From: Octopus vulgaris
Lineage: Eukaryota
Reading direction: 5' to 3'
Length of the DNA stretch: 64,000 bases
Assembly: GCA_951406725.2 (NCBI GenBank)
Contig: OX597830.1
Location: 76,198,001-76,262,000 of the forward strand
Position 1 is the stretch's first letter, and each line of letters opens with the position of its first letter. The notes under the pieces are model-generated. The model made no database searches and was not told the DNA's origin. It worked only from the letters and a program-made list of their open reading frames with translations. This document shows, piece by piece, positions 27,920-42,417 of the stretch. A program made the position numbers and the translations under genes.

Positions 27920-29120
27920 CATGTATATATATAAGTATATGTATGTATAAAACTTAGCTTTGGCTCTGCCATGCTTACCTAGTCTCCAGTAGAGAGAGAC
28001 ATGTTAAATGAGCTAAGAAGACATTTTCGTGAGTTGTTCAAGATGTGGATCACTAAACATTATTATGATAATTGTTCTATTACATTTCTCTGAGGTAGAT
28101 AGACGTCCTGGTTCTCTCCCACTTCCCTTTCCCCATCATCTCTGGCCATCTCTTTCTATCTTTCATATTCCTTGATGTCACCCCTGCTCTCTAACTTTTA
28201 ATTACACACGCGCATATGTTTTGTATGTGTGTATATGTCTGTTGTATTATATGAATATATATACTTATACATACATAAATATAATTATGTATGCTCATAT
28301 TTACATAATTATATATGCATATATGTATACATATATACACATATATATATATACGACGGGCTTCTTTCAGTTTCCGTCTAGCAAATCCACTCACAATGCT
28401 TTGGTTGGCCACAGGTTATAGTAAAAGACACTTGCTCAAGGTGCCACGTAGTGGGACTGAACACGGAACCATGTTGTTGGTAAGCAAGCTACTTACTTCA
28501 CATCTACTCCTGTGCCTCTACACAGCCACTCCTGCGCCTGTATATATATAGATTTGCACCCACGGTCGGGTTCACCCGGGCTCGCCCTTGCCGTTTTCGT
28601 GCACGCCGTATTATTGAAGTTTTTCAATTTAAATATCGTGGGATAAGGTGAACCATAATTAACCTTTCCGTCATACGTCTTTCAAACATGTGCCAATGAT
28701 ATGATGTTATAAGGTTCCAAGCTGGCAGAAGTGTTAGCAGGCAGAGCAAAATGCTTTCATCCGTCGCTCCGTTCTGAGTTCAAATTCCACCGAGGTCGTC
28801 TTTGCATTTTATCCTCTCGAGGTCGATAAAATAAATATCAGTTGAGTACTGGGGTTAATATAATTCGCTTTTCTCCTCCACTGAAATTGGAGGCTTTGTG
28901 CCAAAATTTGGAACAAATATGCTTAGCAGCATTTCGCCCGTCTTAAAATTATGAGTTCAAATTCCGTTCAGGTCGATTTTGCCATTCACACTTTCAGGAT
29001 CGGTACAATAAGTACCACTTGAACACTGAGGCCGGTGTAATGGATTTACCCCGCCTCTGAAATTGCTGGTCTTGTGCCAAACTTTGAAACCAAATATCTA
29101 ATGACACATAAAGATACTCT

Positions 29121-29154
<34 letters not shown>

Positions 29155-30087
29155 CACGCACATACACACATATATATATGAGAGGTATTGGTATCCAGAA
29201 GACCCAAAGTGGTAGGTATGAGCGCATATATATCTATATATACATACAAATATATATTATATTACATACATATACATGCATATATATCCATATGTACATG
29301 TGCTTATATATTTACACACGCACACATGCATATACTCTCTTACCTGTTTCAGTCATTTGACTGTGGCCATGCTGGATCACCGCCTTTAGTCGTGCAAATC
29401 GACCCCAAGACTTATTCTTTGGAAGCCTGGTACCTTTTTCTTTCTTTTGCTATTTTCTGCAGCCTCTTCTCTTAATTCTTCCACCAACAATATGCGCCGA
29501 AGAGAGAATCACTACGTAGTCACTCAATCTGCTAGAAATAGAACCAAAATTCTCCTCACATTAGACATTAACCTCTTAGAAAAATAAATGTTCGGCTATG
29601 TGGTGCCGGGTTCCCTGCATAGAGGGGAATAGTTGGGTTGGTCATGTCTGGAAGGAATGTCTTTGCCTATAGGATTGATTGTTCGAAAAGTATTGACCTC
29701 CACCGAAAGCGGTAAACAGCAAGAGCTTCACATCATCATCTTTGTCGTCGTCATCGTCGTCGTTGTCGTTGTCGATGTATCGTAGTCATCAGCATCGTAA
29801 TCATCGTCGTCGACGTCATCATCATCATCATCATCATCAACAGCAACATCATTATCATCATCGTCGTCGTCGTCATCATTGTCATCATCATCGTCGTCGT
29901 CATCATCGTCATCATCATCATCGTCGTCATCATCATCATCATCGTCATCATCATCATCATCATCATCGTCGTCGTCGTCGTCGTCGTCGTCATCATCATC
30001 AGCATCATCAGCATCATCGACGTCATCCTCATCGTCGTCGTCATCATCATCATACATCATCATCATCATTATCCATCATTCATCATA

Positions 30088-30123
<36 letters not shown>

Positions 30124-30991
30124 TCATTCATTCATTCATTCGTTCTTTCTTTCGTTTATTTGTATATTTTTCCTTATCATTATCATCTCAAGGAATCACG
30201 TCTAATTAACTCTCAAGATGGTAACCGACCCACCCTAATATCACCCAATTCCCCCTTCAGCCCCCTGCCAAATCTGTTTCACCCTACACCTGAAGTGCTT
30301 TATATTTTCTTGGACTTTTTTGCAGTTGCTCTCGTGATTGTTGTTGTTGGTGCTGTTGTTAAAGTATCCATTTTCTTTTGTTTTGTTATTCTTGTTTTCG
30401 CTTTGCCGTTGCATTTCATCATTATTTTCATATTTCGAGCGGGGGTATCTTTATGGGATATGTACGATTTATGTAAACGAAAATGTGTTTCTTTTTGTAT
30501 ATGTTTTTTTGCGAATTTCAAATACATACATGCACGCACGCACATACACGCAAACACACACACACACAGCGAGTACTGGCCCAGACTGAAAACATATGAA
30601 GAAACTAATATTTATTAACGAATATGCATTATAGTTTTTTGGATAGCGACTGAGAAGTTAAGCATAAAATGGTACATTCGATCATATTGACGAAACTTCA
30701 AAGTCTCCGTGAAGAAAATTGTAATATCAAAGATGTGTGTGTGTGTGTGTATGTGTCATGGTGTGTGTGTCTGTGTGTGTGTGCGTATACACATGCTGGT
30801 GTCTTCTACTTTAGCATCAGGTTAGCCAAAGCCTTGCCAGTGGATTTTGTAGACAGAAACTGAAAGAAACCCGTTGCAATGGACGCAGGTTCGTGTGTCA
30901 TATAGCTAGCTAGAGGCGGTGGCCTCTTGGAGCTAATCAGCGACAGCTTTAGTCTTATATTTAGACTGCCATATTAGTATGGCGATAACTA

Positions 30992-31030
<39 letters not shown>

Positions 31031-31848
31031 GTATATGTATATGTGTAAGTATGGGTGAATGATAGTGGTGGTGGTGGTGTGTTTGCGTGTAAGATGTTTG
31101 CATGCGCGTATGTATCGTGATTTTGTGTGTTCGTGTATATAATTATATGTATTATGCAGTATTGTTATTGCGTTTACAAAGTTTGGTTTCATCAACGTGT
31201 GCCAAGTAATCTTAGCTTTATGGTCATACCGTCCATTCAAAGTGAGATTTTCTGAAATATTCTGTCAGAATACGCTACTTTTAATGGTTTACCAACCGCT
31301 GAGTCTGAGGAATTTCTAAATATATACAATTAAGTAATATGGAATTGGTTAAACTCCTGGTAAACAAATATTCTATGATTCGTTTCAGGAACGTTTTACA
31401 TATTGGCACCAGCGTCAACAGTATACGTTGCATGGAAGCCAGTACCGAACGAAGTATCTCATTCTTACACATGTATGCATGTATGTATGTGTATGTATGT
31501 GTGTATGTATGTGTGCATGTATGTATGCATGTATGTATATATGTTTGGATGGATGAATGAATGTTCGGAGGAAGGTATGAATGTGTATGTGTGTGTGTGT
31601 GAGTGTAAGTGTGTGTATACATATATGTATTCTATTATTGTTTTATTCCTTTATTCTTTTACAGCTTTCAGCCAAAGGCTGGGCCCATGCTGGAGCACCG
31701 TCTTTCAGCACTTTTCGGGTCACCTGTACTGTTTTTGTTGAAGAAGCGAATTGGACGAAGCTGCCCTTCTTTAAGCTTCCTGTCGCGATGTGCTTTCATC
31801 TAGAATATCAGATAGGAATTTGTCCATATACATGTACACACACGCGCG

Positions 31849-31911
<63 letters not shown>

Positions 31912-32189
31912 CCTTTGGTCACGACTGACCATGGGATTGCACCTAGAAATTTACCTTTCCAGGCACAAGTCCGGGCAAGGTTGTCTATGGAAGGTCAGCA
32001 GTCGCCCATGCATACCGGCCGCCCCTCTCAACGACACCGATGTTATCCAAGGAAAAGGCAAAGAGGCCGATACAGCTTGGCACCTGTGACGTCGCAACTC
32101 ATTTCTAGAGCAACGTGAAATATAGTTTCTTGCTCAAGAACTCCCAACCTCGCGATCGTAAGCTCGACGCTCTAACCACTGAGCCATAT

Positions 32190-32565
32190 CTCTTTTCTCT
32201 TTTACTTGTTTCAGTCACTTAAGTGCGGCCATGCTGGATCACCGCCTTTAGTCGAGCAAATCGACCCCAGTACTTGTTCTTTGTAAGCTTAATACTTATT
32301 CTATCGGTCTCTTTTTGCCGAACCGCTAAGTTACAGGGACGCAAACACACTAGCATCGGTTGTCAAGCGATGGTGGGGGGACAAACACACACACACACAC
32401 ACACATATATACGACGTGCTTCTTTCAGTTTCCGTCTACCAAATCCCCTCACAAGGCTTTGGCCGGCCCGAGACTATAGCAGAAGACACTTGCCCACGGT
32501 GCCACGCAGTGGGACTGAACCCGGGACCATGTGGTTGGTAAGCAAGCTACTTACCACACGGCCAC
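32190..32565 (-). mobile_element. SINE family A, near full-length
   Basis: Reverse complement of 34311-34753 over its length. Confidence 0.85.
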
Positions 32566-32600
32566 ATATATGCATATATATGTAAATATATATATATATA

Positions 32601-32673
<73 letters not shown>

Positions 32674-33280
32674 ATATATGTATATGCACAAGTAGAGAGA
32701 AGGAGAGAGAGAGGAGGTGGAGAGGGTTATATATGAGACGCAGCTGAATTTGATCTTAATTTTTTTGTTATTCATTTTTCCTCTCATTTTTACTTATTAG
32801 TTCTTCATAATTAGTTTATAACCGAAATACTCCTAAGTCCATTACGGTGTCTCTAAACGACGCTTAGTTTTTCTAGCCGGCTGACCATGCTTCCACAACA
32901 AGGAACCATTGAAGCAGTTTACAGTATAGTTCTATCTAGTATTACAATACTAGAGCGAGAAAAATATTTCACTCTAGGCTACCATACTTAGTGAGCCGAA
33001 GAATGAGTTTTAATCAATTGAAATAATATAATATAATCGTAACGAGAAGATAACTCATTGACTTTAATGAAATTTATACTCTTATTGCAAGCGTAATTTC
33101 AATTACCCGATTCGTCGCGAAATGAAAGTGTATATATGTTGTGGAGAGGGATGTGAGTGCGATCTTCCGTAGTTTTCGCATACGTTTCGGCTTTATTAGA
33201 TCTCGTTATTTATATATTTATTTATCTTTAACATAAATGTAAGTGGTCAATATCACCACCACCACCACCACGCACACCTT

Positions 33281-33332
<52 letters not shown>

Positions 33333-33535
33333 TACAACTACTACTACTTCTACTACTACTTAGGTTGACCATTCTGTTTCGTTTGAGATATATATAGAAA
33401 TGTGTATAAATGCATTTTCTTCTCTTAAAATTGCAATTATTTGCGGTAGAAGCAGCAGCCGCTGTTGCCGCGGTGGTGGTGGTGGTGGTCGTCGTCGTCG
33501 TCGTCATCGTAGTAGTAGTAGTGCTGGTGGTGGTG

Positions 33536-33589
<54 letters not shown>

Positions 33590-33642
33590 TGTGGTGGTGG
33601 TGGTGGTGGTGGTGGTGGTGGTGGTGGTGGTGGTGGTGGTGA

Positions 33643-33679
<37 letters not shown>

Positions 33680-34310
33680 TGTGAACTTGCATAAAAACCA
33701 GAGATGGGTTTCGGTTCGGTTCGGTTCGGCCAGTATTGACCAAGGACATGTCTATCTTAAAATGATAGCCGCCCAACCTATTATTATTTACTTTCAAATC
33801 CGTTTACTCTTATCAGATTGATCTTTATATTCTTGTTGCTCTGTCTGCCAAACTTGAATATTGGAATCAATGCTTGTACGTCTGAAGTTTCTCTTAATTG
33901 ACCTGCATATTTCCTTATGAGTAAGAAAGTGTGGTGTACATGCGTGGATGTGTGATTGTGTGTGTGTGTGTCTGTGCTTCTCATGCAGTAGATTTTACCT
34001 ACTGTGTCTACTTTCACTTTCGTTTTGTTGCTATTTCTCATGACCTTTCATAGTGAACCCACGCATGTAACGTTGATAAAACTGCATCTTAAAGACTAAG
34101 CTGCCCCATCTTCATGACCACTAAATATTCGAGTTTTGAATTAACTGGTTTCTGATGCTTTAAGAGTCTCTGATAACATAAAATGTAACACTACCCTGTT
34201 GTCCTGAACAGTCTTGTTACTGCTAAATACATAAACATCTTAGTCCGCGGGTTCTCAGCCGGGATCAATATGGACCTCGGGGGTCCATATAAATTTTCTG
34301 GGCATTTTAT

Positions 34311-34469
34311 AGGCGTAGGAGTGGCTGTGTGGTAAGTAGCCTGCTTACCAACCACATGGTTCCGGATTCAGTCCCACTGCGTGGCACCTTGGACAAGTGT
34401 CTTCTACTATAGCCCCGACCAAAGACTTGTGAGTGGATTTGGTAGACGGAAACTGAAAGAAGCCCGTCG

Positions 34470-34559
<90 letters not shown>

Positions 34560-34753
34560 TCTCTCCAACATCGATTGACAACCCATGCTAGTGTGTTTAC
34601 GTCCCCGTAACTTAGCGGTTCGGTAAAAAAGAATCGATAGAATAAGTTCTGGGCTTACAAAGAATAAGTCCTGGGGTCGATTTGCTCGACTAAAGGCGGT
34701 GATCCAGCATGGCCACAGTCAAATGACTGAAACAAGTAAAAGAGTAAAAGAGT
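34311..34753 (+). mobile_element. tRNA-derived SINE family A (representative full-length copy, internal microsatellite)
   Basis: A box GTGGCTGTGTGGT, B-box-like GGATTCAGTCCC, internal (TA)n(TG)n, tail (GTAAAAGA)n. Other approximate copies: 15230(+), 24661(-), 25030(-), 25915(-), 28350(-), 29335(-), 37830(-), 40560(-), 41930(+), 42680(+), 42875(-), 45201/46232(+), 49920(+), 50705(+), 54898(+), 60010(+). Confidence 0.88.
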
Positions 34754-34964
34754 ATCCATGGATGCAGTATACTAAATTGGGGTCCACCGTAATTCTTCAG
34801 GGGCCATGATAAAAATTGTGCTTCATACCAGTAAATTTTATGTGCAATAAATTTGTTATACGTTCACGATACACAAAATATTTTAACAATTTTTATACAA
34901 ATACTAATAATATTTAATTTTAAAAATACAAGAAGTTTTGGGGTTACTGGTAAAATGATGGTTC

Positions 34965-35130
34965 AACAAAGATCATTTACTGAACAATAAAAGTATAACT
35001 GGAAACTACCACAGGAAAAACAAGTGTCTGAGCATAGGAGCGATCGACTACCGGAAGACTTTTGATAGTATTCTCCACGCATGGATTCTGGAAACACTTA
35101 GTATAAATATAGTAGCACTAATAAGAAATA
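34965..35130 (+). mobile_element. Degenerate RT fragment of an R4/Dong-type LINE
   Basis: Manual translation gives KDHLLNNK…CLSIGAIDYRKTFDSILHAWILETL, matching the RT motif LS.AWIDY.KAFDSVPH.WI. Confidence 0.7.
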
Positions 35131-35160
35131 ATAAAATAAAAAACAGTTTTGAGGTTACAG

Positions 35161-36352
35161 ACGGAAGTATGAAAAGTGAAGTTGACCTTAGATGGGTGTG
35201 AATGAATTTAGATAAGACAAGGCCTTACAAATCAAATTAGATTCGGAATAATAGTAAGAAATTCATTTTATGGAAGTCTTAAGACATGAGGTCATTCGTT
35301 GCCATGACAACTATATCTTAAATGTGGAGCTTTTATATACATTATATGAAACATATATTATAAATATATTTATATCATACACATACATACCTATATATAC
35401 ATACTTCGCCACAACTTTCTATCATTCTTTCTTCTGTTGGCCCGCTCGCTTAGCCAGCTGGGTGGCGTCAATTGAAGGCTAAAACAATGCGGAGCGCATT
35501 GTGACGAGCGATGTGTAGCAACATCTGATATCACGGTGATATAAAGACGACTACGTTCTTCCTACACCTGTGTTTCTCAAGCAGCGTCCATATCGGGGAT
35601 TCATATAAAATCTTTGTTAAAATTTATATGTAAGAAATTGGTTAATTACTTCTACAAATTACAAAATATTTTAACAAATTTTTAAATATAATCCCTAATA
35701 ATATCTATTTCTAAAAATACGACAGAATTTTTTTTTTAACATTGGATGACAATGAGGGTCCAGTAGAATAAATTAGTAATCAAGGGGTTCATAAGGGGAA
35801 AATGGTTAAGAACCGCAGACCTACACGGCCTAATGTATCCTTTCACTTCTTTATAATACTACAGTATGAAATGTAGGCGACTTTGCTGCGGTTTCAAACA
35901 ATTTGAGCGAGAAAGACGGGATAGACTCGTTATAGTGGTTTTAACCAAACTGTTGAGCAACGAGGTTTAGTATCGATTTTAAAGTTCGATCGTAAACTGT
36001 CAAAACAAAGTAATGATTTCTAACATAGATACAACATCTCAGATACAGAGAATACGAAGAGACAATTAAATCGATCCAGTAATCAGATGGTGCTTTATTT
36101 TATCGTTCACGGAAGGATGAAAAGTGAAGCTGACCTTAGATGGGTGTGAATGAATTTAGATAAGACAAGGCCTTACAAATCACAGTAGACTCGGAATAAT
36201 TGTAAGAAATTCATTTTATGGAAGTCTTAAGACATGAGGTCATTCGTTGCCATGACAACTATGTCTTAAATGTGGAGCTTTTATATACATTATATGAAAC
36301 ATATATTATAAAAATATTTATATCATACACATACATACCTATATATACATAC
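35161..36352 (+). repeat. 244-bp direct duplication (35161-35404 and 36109-36352)
   Basis: Offset 948 bp, about 8 substitutions; explains the twin ORFs at 35270 and 36218. Confidence 0.88.
35568..35818. mobile_element. hAT-type MITE with 8-bp TSD
   Basis: Degenerate TIRs CTGTGTTTCTCAA…TTAAGAACCGCAG (CAGTGGTTCTCAA type); flanks TCCTACAC / ACCTACAC match 7/8. Related pieces at 34245-34930 (split by a SINE) and 40477-40560. Confidence 0.7.
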
Positions 36353-36368
36353 ATACGTACATACATAA

Positions 36369-36431
<63 letters not shown>

Positions 36432-36575
36432 TGTGTGTGCGTCTGTATGTATGTATATATATATATATATATATAGATATATATAGATATACATACATAT
36501 ATATATGTATATACACACACATGCATTAACGTATACATATACATATGTACTATGTAGGTATATATACATGCATGC

Positions 36576-36620
<45 letters not shown>

Positions 36621-37823
36621 CAGACATGGAAGAAGTAGATAGACACCTTTATAATAAATTAAATTTATTTAAATCTGGAATTATACATTCAAACTATTAT
36701 TTGTTATAATGTGATTATTTGATATTTAGTAGACATGCCCTTTGCATTTTTTAATGCAAGGACCCTGTTAGGCATGCTACTGATCAAGTGACGAATATTC
36801 TCTTGCGGAATTTCTTGCCAAAGTTCATGCAGGAATTTCAAAAGATCTGGCTTTCAAGATGCTTTCTTGTTCATTTTATGAAGTGTCCTGTCGATTACGT
36901 TCCAGAGGTGTTCAGTAGGGTTCACATCTAGTGATTGGCTTAGTCATGGAAGCTTTTCCATGCCAATCTCATCCAACAAATCTTGGGTCATCTTCCTTAA
37001 ATAGTCTTCTTTAATCATTTCACCACTGGAGAAGATTGGAAGGAGTCCTTTCAGCAATATGGACACATATTTATCTGAGTTTATGTTTTCCTCCCACTCC
37101 ACCAGCTCTGATCAACCATTGCTCCAAATTGCTTCCCAGACAATCAAAGAATAGCTACCGTGCTTCATTATCGGTTGCAATCTTTTCACATAAAATGTTT
37201 GATCACAGAGTCTCCAGGCCCACACTCGACTACTGTCAGGAAATACAGCAAATCTGGACTCATCAGAGAATATGACAGTGTCGTAAAATGCTATTGGCTT
37301 CTTCACCATCTCACCGGCCCAATCTTTTCTGTGCTTGATTTTGACTGGTCGAAGAAGTAGCTTCCTTCTTGATGCTCTGCCATAGTAACCAAATTTGTGG
37401 AGATACCTGACAGCTGTTCTGGGACTGACATCAACTTGTTCTGCTATCTCAGAGGCTTTGCGACGAGGATTATCCTCCACACTACTCTTAACAAATAGAA
37501 TGTTCCTGTTAGAGGGCCCTGGTTGATCTGCGCGAGGTGATGTGGATTGTACATTGAAGAAGTGTACAATCACTCTAACTGTAGAAAGCGGGATCGCAAG
37601 GTTTTCTGCGATTTTATGTTATGTCCACCTTCAGAATGACCCACGATACGGCCTCTTTGAAATTCAGACAGTTCTAAGGTTTCTTTTCTACATGGCATCA
37701 TAAACAGTCACGTATAGAACCTGAAACATAAAAATGTCGATTAACAGAAAATATAAACTTTACAAGTTAGAATAAACAGAAAACGATATTTTATGGAGTG
37801 TCTATTTAATTCTATCACGTGTG
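36621..37823 (-). mobile_element. Decayed Tc1-type DNA transposon with both TIRs
   Basis: ORF 37112-37573 has an HTH region, VIFSDESRF and KHG.YSLIVW.AI. Downstream SQSLDVNPTEHLWNVID matches WPSQSPDLNPIEHLW. 26-bp TIRs at 36621-36646 and 37798-37823 match 20/26; left flank is TA. Confidence 0.88.
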
Positions 37824-38045
37824 TGTATTCCTTTATTCGTTTATTTGTTTCTGTCATTTGATTGCGGCCATGCTGGAGCACCGTCTTTTAGTCGAAGAAA
37901 TCGACCTCAGGACTTATTTTTTGTAAGTTTAGTACTTATTCTATCGGCATCTTTTGCCGAACCGCAAAAACACAGCAACACACCAAAATCTGTTGTCAGG
38001 CGATGGTGGGGGGGACAAAGAGAGACACACAAACATACACACACA

Positions 38046-38103
<58 letters not shown>

Positions 38104-38275
38104 GATATAGATACAGATATTCGACAGGCTTCTTTCAGTTTCCGTCTACTAAATCCACTCACAAGGCTTTCCTTGGTCCGAGGCTATAGTTGAAACACTT
38201 GCCCAAGGTACCACGCAGTGGGACTGAACCCGGAACCATGGTTGGTAAACAAGCTACTTACCACACCTGCGCCTA

Positions 38276-38316
<41 letters not shown>

Positions 38317-38336
38317 TAGGGAGAAATATAAAGAAG

Positions 38337-38434
38337 GGAGAAATATCGATGAACAGCAATTGACTTACATTAATTATTATTTGCTAATAAATAATAATTA
38401 ATTTAATTCAATTGTTGTTCATCGATATTTCTCC
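38337..38434. repeat. 98-bp hairpin
   Basis: 46-bp arms, loop GCTAAT, 3 mismatches. Confidence 0.88.
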
Positions 38435-38658
38435 ATTTTCTGTTTTCTTTAAATTTTGATTCCTGATAAACTCATCTTTATCCTTGTCTTTACCTATAAT
38501 TAATGAGCATATTATGCCTGTATATGTATGCCCATGGTTAAACATAGGTAATATACCGGTAGTATACAGGATACTTATATCCCTTAGACGATTATTTTAA
38601 CCTGCAACTCAGCTAACCTCTTATATATAATATACATACATATATAAACACACGCACG

Positions 38659-38696
<38 letters not shown>

Positions 38697-39269
38697 CAAT
38701 GCATATTGTACAAATATATATATATATATATATACTCTGCGTGTATATAAGGGAAATGGTGAGTACACACACGCATACGAATGTGTGTGTGTACGTGTGT
38801 GTGTACGTGTGTGTGTGTATGTGTGTGTGTGTGTGTATAAACAATACATATGAATGACATACACAAGCTCTTGATGATGTGTATATGTATATATGCTTTC
38901 CTGCGTGTGTTTTTGTTTCTACCTTTGTGTATACTCTTGCGCATGCCTGAAAACCGAAAGGCGAACACTGGAACATACTATAGAATAATATTTGCACTGT
39001 CAATAATTATATTATGATAAATAAACAATTGTATCTGCTTACATATTTATTGACCTGTACATTTATTAGCAATCGACCAGTTTATGGTGAAGATACCCCT
39101 GATGATGTCCAATGAAGCGGAAAGGAAATTGGAGTTGTCTCCCATACATGCTGAGCAAATGATAAAATAATATTGATTTCTGTGTATGAATTTAATAGTA
39201 CACACTATGGCTGCTGACTCTCAACATATTTTATACATTCATTTATTTATTTAGTTTTATCATAAGTGT

Positions 39270-39700
39270 TGTGTAATGAGCGAAAGAGTACGAACACAAG
39301 TAAACGACATGGTGTTCCTCCGAAGCATGTCTGGAGTAACATTACTCGAAAGCATGCGTAGTTCGGAGATCTAGGGGTAGATCGATCTACTGCTTCTCTG
39401 CACTAAGAGGTCACAACTCCGGTACAAGGAATATACGATTAGTGTGTTGCAGGAAAGAATCGCAAGATAGTGTTTTCAAGCCAAATCAACCAGCAGGAAA
39501 TGCTGGGGTTGAATAACCACGAGATGGTTGGATGATATCTATGCATATCTATGCATCGTCCCAATTGGCCGCGCTCGGGAATCCAGGCGAAACATCTAAT
39601 GACGTCTGCCTCTGAATGGACCCTCCGTAGGAAGTACCTAAGCGCTCTGCTCCAACAATCCTCCCAAGAATAGTGGGCGGAGAAGGTAGATGCATAATAA
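39270..39700 (+). mobile_element. Decayed RTE-clade LINE 3' end
   Basis: Manual translation QVNDMVFLRSMSGVTLLESMRSSEI…LLLCTKRSQLRY…QERIAR.CFQAK…TRWLDDI matches the RTE post-RT domain. Confidence 0.7.
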
Positions 39701-40829
39701 TTGCCTAGGGAAATCACTCAAATAATGTTTCATTGACTTTTAAAAAGAAAAACAGTTTTTACATTTCATATGGTATCTGGTTTTATAATTTGGTTAGTAC
39801 TGTCTCAAGTACTACAACCCATAGGCATGGTTACCTGGTTTCCATGACGTATAAATGACCGCTATAACAATATTTCCCCGCTGAAGAGGACACAATATGT
39901 TGCAGAATAATGCATTCATAGCTGAGTAGACTGGTGCAATATGAAATGCAGTGTTGTGCTCACTAAAGAACACAACGCACAGGCAACTCCGGGAATCGAA
40001 ACCACGACCTTGCAATTGCGAATGCAATATCCTAACCATTAGGTAAAGTTATTTTACTGACTAGTGCAGAAATATGTTTCAATTATATCCGGATGAATTT
40101 GTTTGTATGCGAGCAAGTGTAAAAGTTTTCCTTTCTACTGTTCAAGATGTTTGTGGTGATATTTAATATTTTTAATCTTTCAGTTGCGCATAAATTGCAC
40201 TTACTGCCACTTGAGTGATATAGTTTTACTTTCTCTGCAATATTCCAATTGGTAATGAGGTTATTTACTCCTTTCTCCTCGGGGAAAATATATGTTGAGA
40301 TAACAAAGTGTAGTAAATTACTTTTGCTTATTTAAATGTGTGGTTAGGCTGTATATATCGTACATCGTAGTTGTTTTCTGTTAACCAATAGCATGCATTT
40401 TCCGTACCATTTTTTGGCTTATGTCAGCTCAATACACGATTGCTTTAAACTGACGTTTTTTATTATATGTCTAGAGCAGTGGTTCTCAATAGGGGTCCTA
40501 TTAACTTTTGGGGGTCCGAATAAAGTCTTGTTAAAATATATCTACAATAAATTTGTTATATTTACTCTTTTACTTGTTTCGGTCATTTGACTGTGGCCAT
40601 GCTGGAGCACCGCCTTTAGTCGAGCAAATCGACCCCAGGACTTATTCTTTGTAAGCCTAGTTCTTATTCTATACATATATACGACGAGCTTCTTTCATTT
40701 TCTGTCTACCAAATTCACTCATAAGGCTCTGGTCGGCCCGAGGCTATAGTAGAAAACTCTTGCCCAAGGTGCCACCCGGAACCATGTGGTTCGTAAGCAA
40801 GCTACTTACCAGACAGCCATTTCTACGCC

Positions 40830-40899
<70 letters not shown>

Positions 40900-40900
40900 A

Positions 40901-40961
<61 letters not shown>

Positions 40962-41657
40962 CAGATAGATAGATATGCATATATAAAAATAAATACTAAC
41001 ATATATATATAATTATATATGTCTGTATGTATACACGTATATGTATGTATGTATGTATGCGTGTATGTATGTATGTATGTATGTATGTATATATGTATGC
41101 ATGCATGTATGTATGCATGCATGTATGTATGTATACACGTACACATGTTAGTATGGAATTAGGTATGCATGTATGTATGTATGTAAATATCTGCGTAGAA
41201 TATTATTGGGGGAGGGAGTTGAAAGAATCTTAGCAACTGTTGCGATGTGTAAACAAAACCCCACGATATATAAAGAATGAAAAAAAAATATGTATATATA
41301 TTGCCGAAGAAATGTCTTAAAAATGAAAACAGAAGTTTAGGAATGGCATGGAATGTGGTGGATAGAGATGAGTATAAGAACGGTAGACTCGAAGAAGAAC
41401 AACTGAAGAACAAACATCAACAACAACAACAACAACAGCAACAGCAACAGCAAGAATTACAACAACGGCAGAAACACCCTCCTCTCATTTTTTTTTCAAT
41501 CCGCATATTTATTCTCAAGAAACTTACATAGATATGACATCTCTGATTATAGGAAAATGAAGGCTGGTATGAGAGGTGGCATTGCTCTTGTTGTTGTTGT
41601 TGATGATGTTAGTGGTGGTGGTGGTGGTGGTGGTGGTGGTGGTGGTGGTGGTGGTGA

Positions 41658-41695
<38 letters not shown>

Positions 41696-42097
41696 ATGGT
41701 GGTGGTGGTGCTAGTAGTAGTAGTAGTGGTGGTGGTGGTGGTGGTGGTGGTGGTGGTGATGGTGGTGGTAGTGATCAGCTCCGAGGTAAAAGTGATCTAC
41801 CAGACCAATGCTGTTGGAATGTCACGAGAGAGAATATAATATCTCCTTTTAAAAAATAAATAAATAAATAAAATGCCAGAAACGCAGTGTTCGGACACCA
41901 AACGTGAGCTCCAACATGGCCACAGCGTTTCGGCAGAGTGGTAAGTGGCTTGCTTTTCAAACGCTACATGGTTTCAGGTTCAGTCCCATTGCGTAGTACT
42001 TTGAGCAAGTGTCATCTACTATAGCCTCGGACCGACCAAAGCATTGTGAGTAGACGGAAAATGAAAGAAGCGCGTCATATATATATATATATATATG

Positions 42098-42151
<54 letters not shown>

Positions 42152-42417
42152 CATACGGGTCTTCCTTTTCATCGTAAACCGGTGATTACCGCCCGTTGAC
42201 AAGAGGCAAATACCTCGAAACCGCGGTCCGGTGCGTATAACTTCAGCTTACGAGAAAGGGATGGCCTCCCTTTGCAAATACCATAAGAGCACAGATAGTG
42301 TGCCTAAAGCCAGCTGGAGACGATGATCTCCTGGGGCTAAAAGCTACAGTAACACCCACCTTTTGTGGTTAGCCATATTGAGATGGCTAGTATACTTTAC
42401 GTTATTTATATATAGTT

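Noticed and set aside
34192-34215. TACCCTGT, the miR-10 5' end, in a Hox neighbourhood
   Set aside because: Only 8 nt match, the rest differs, and there is no hairpin. miR-10 is expected on the other (Dfd) side of Scr, and I found no Hox-cluster miRNA by eye.
39095-39140. CTGATGA-TGTCC…GGAAAG-GAAA hammerhead-like string
   Set aside because: Stem I and stem III do not pair; at most a dead relic.
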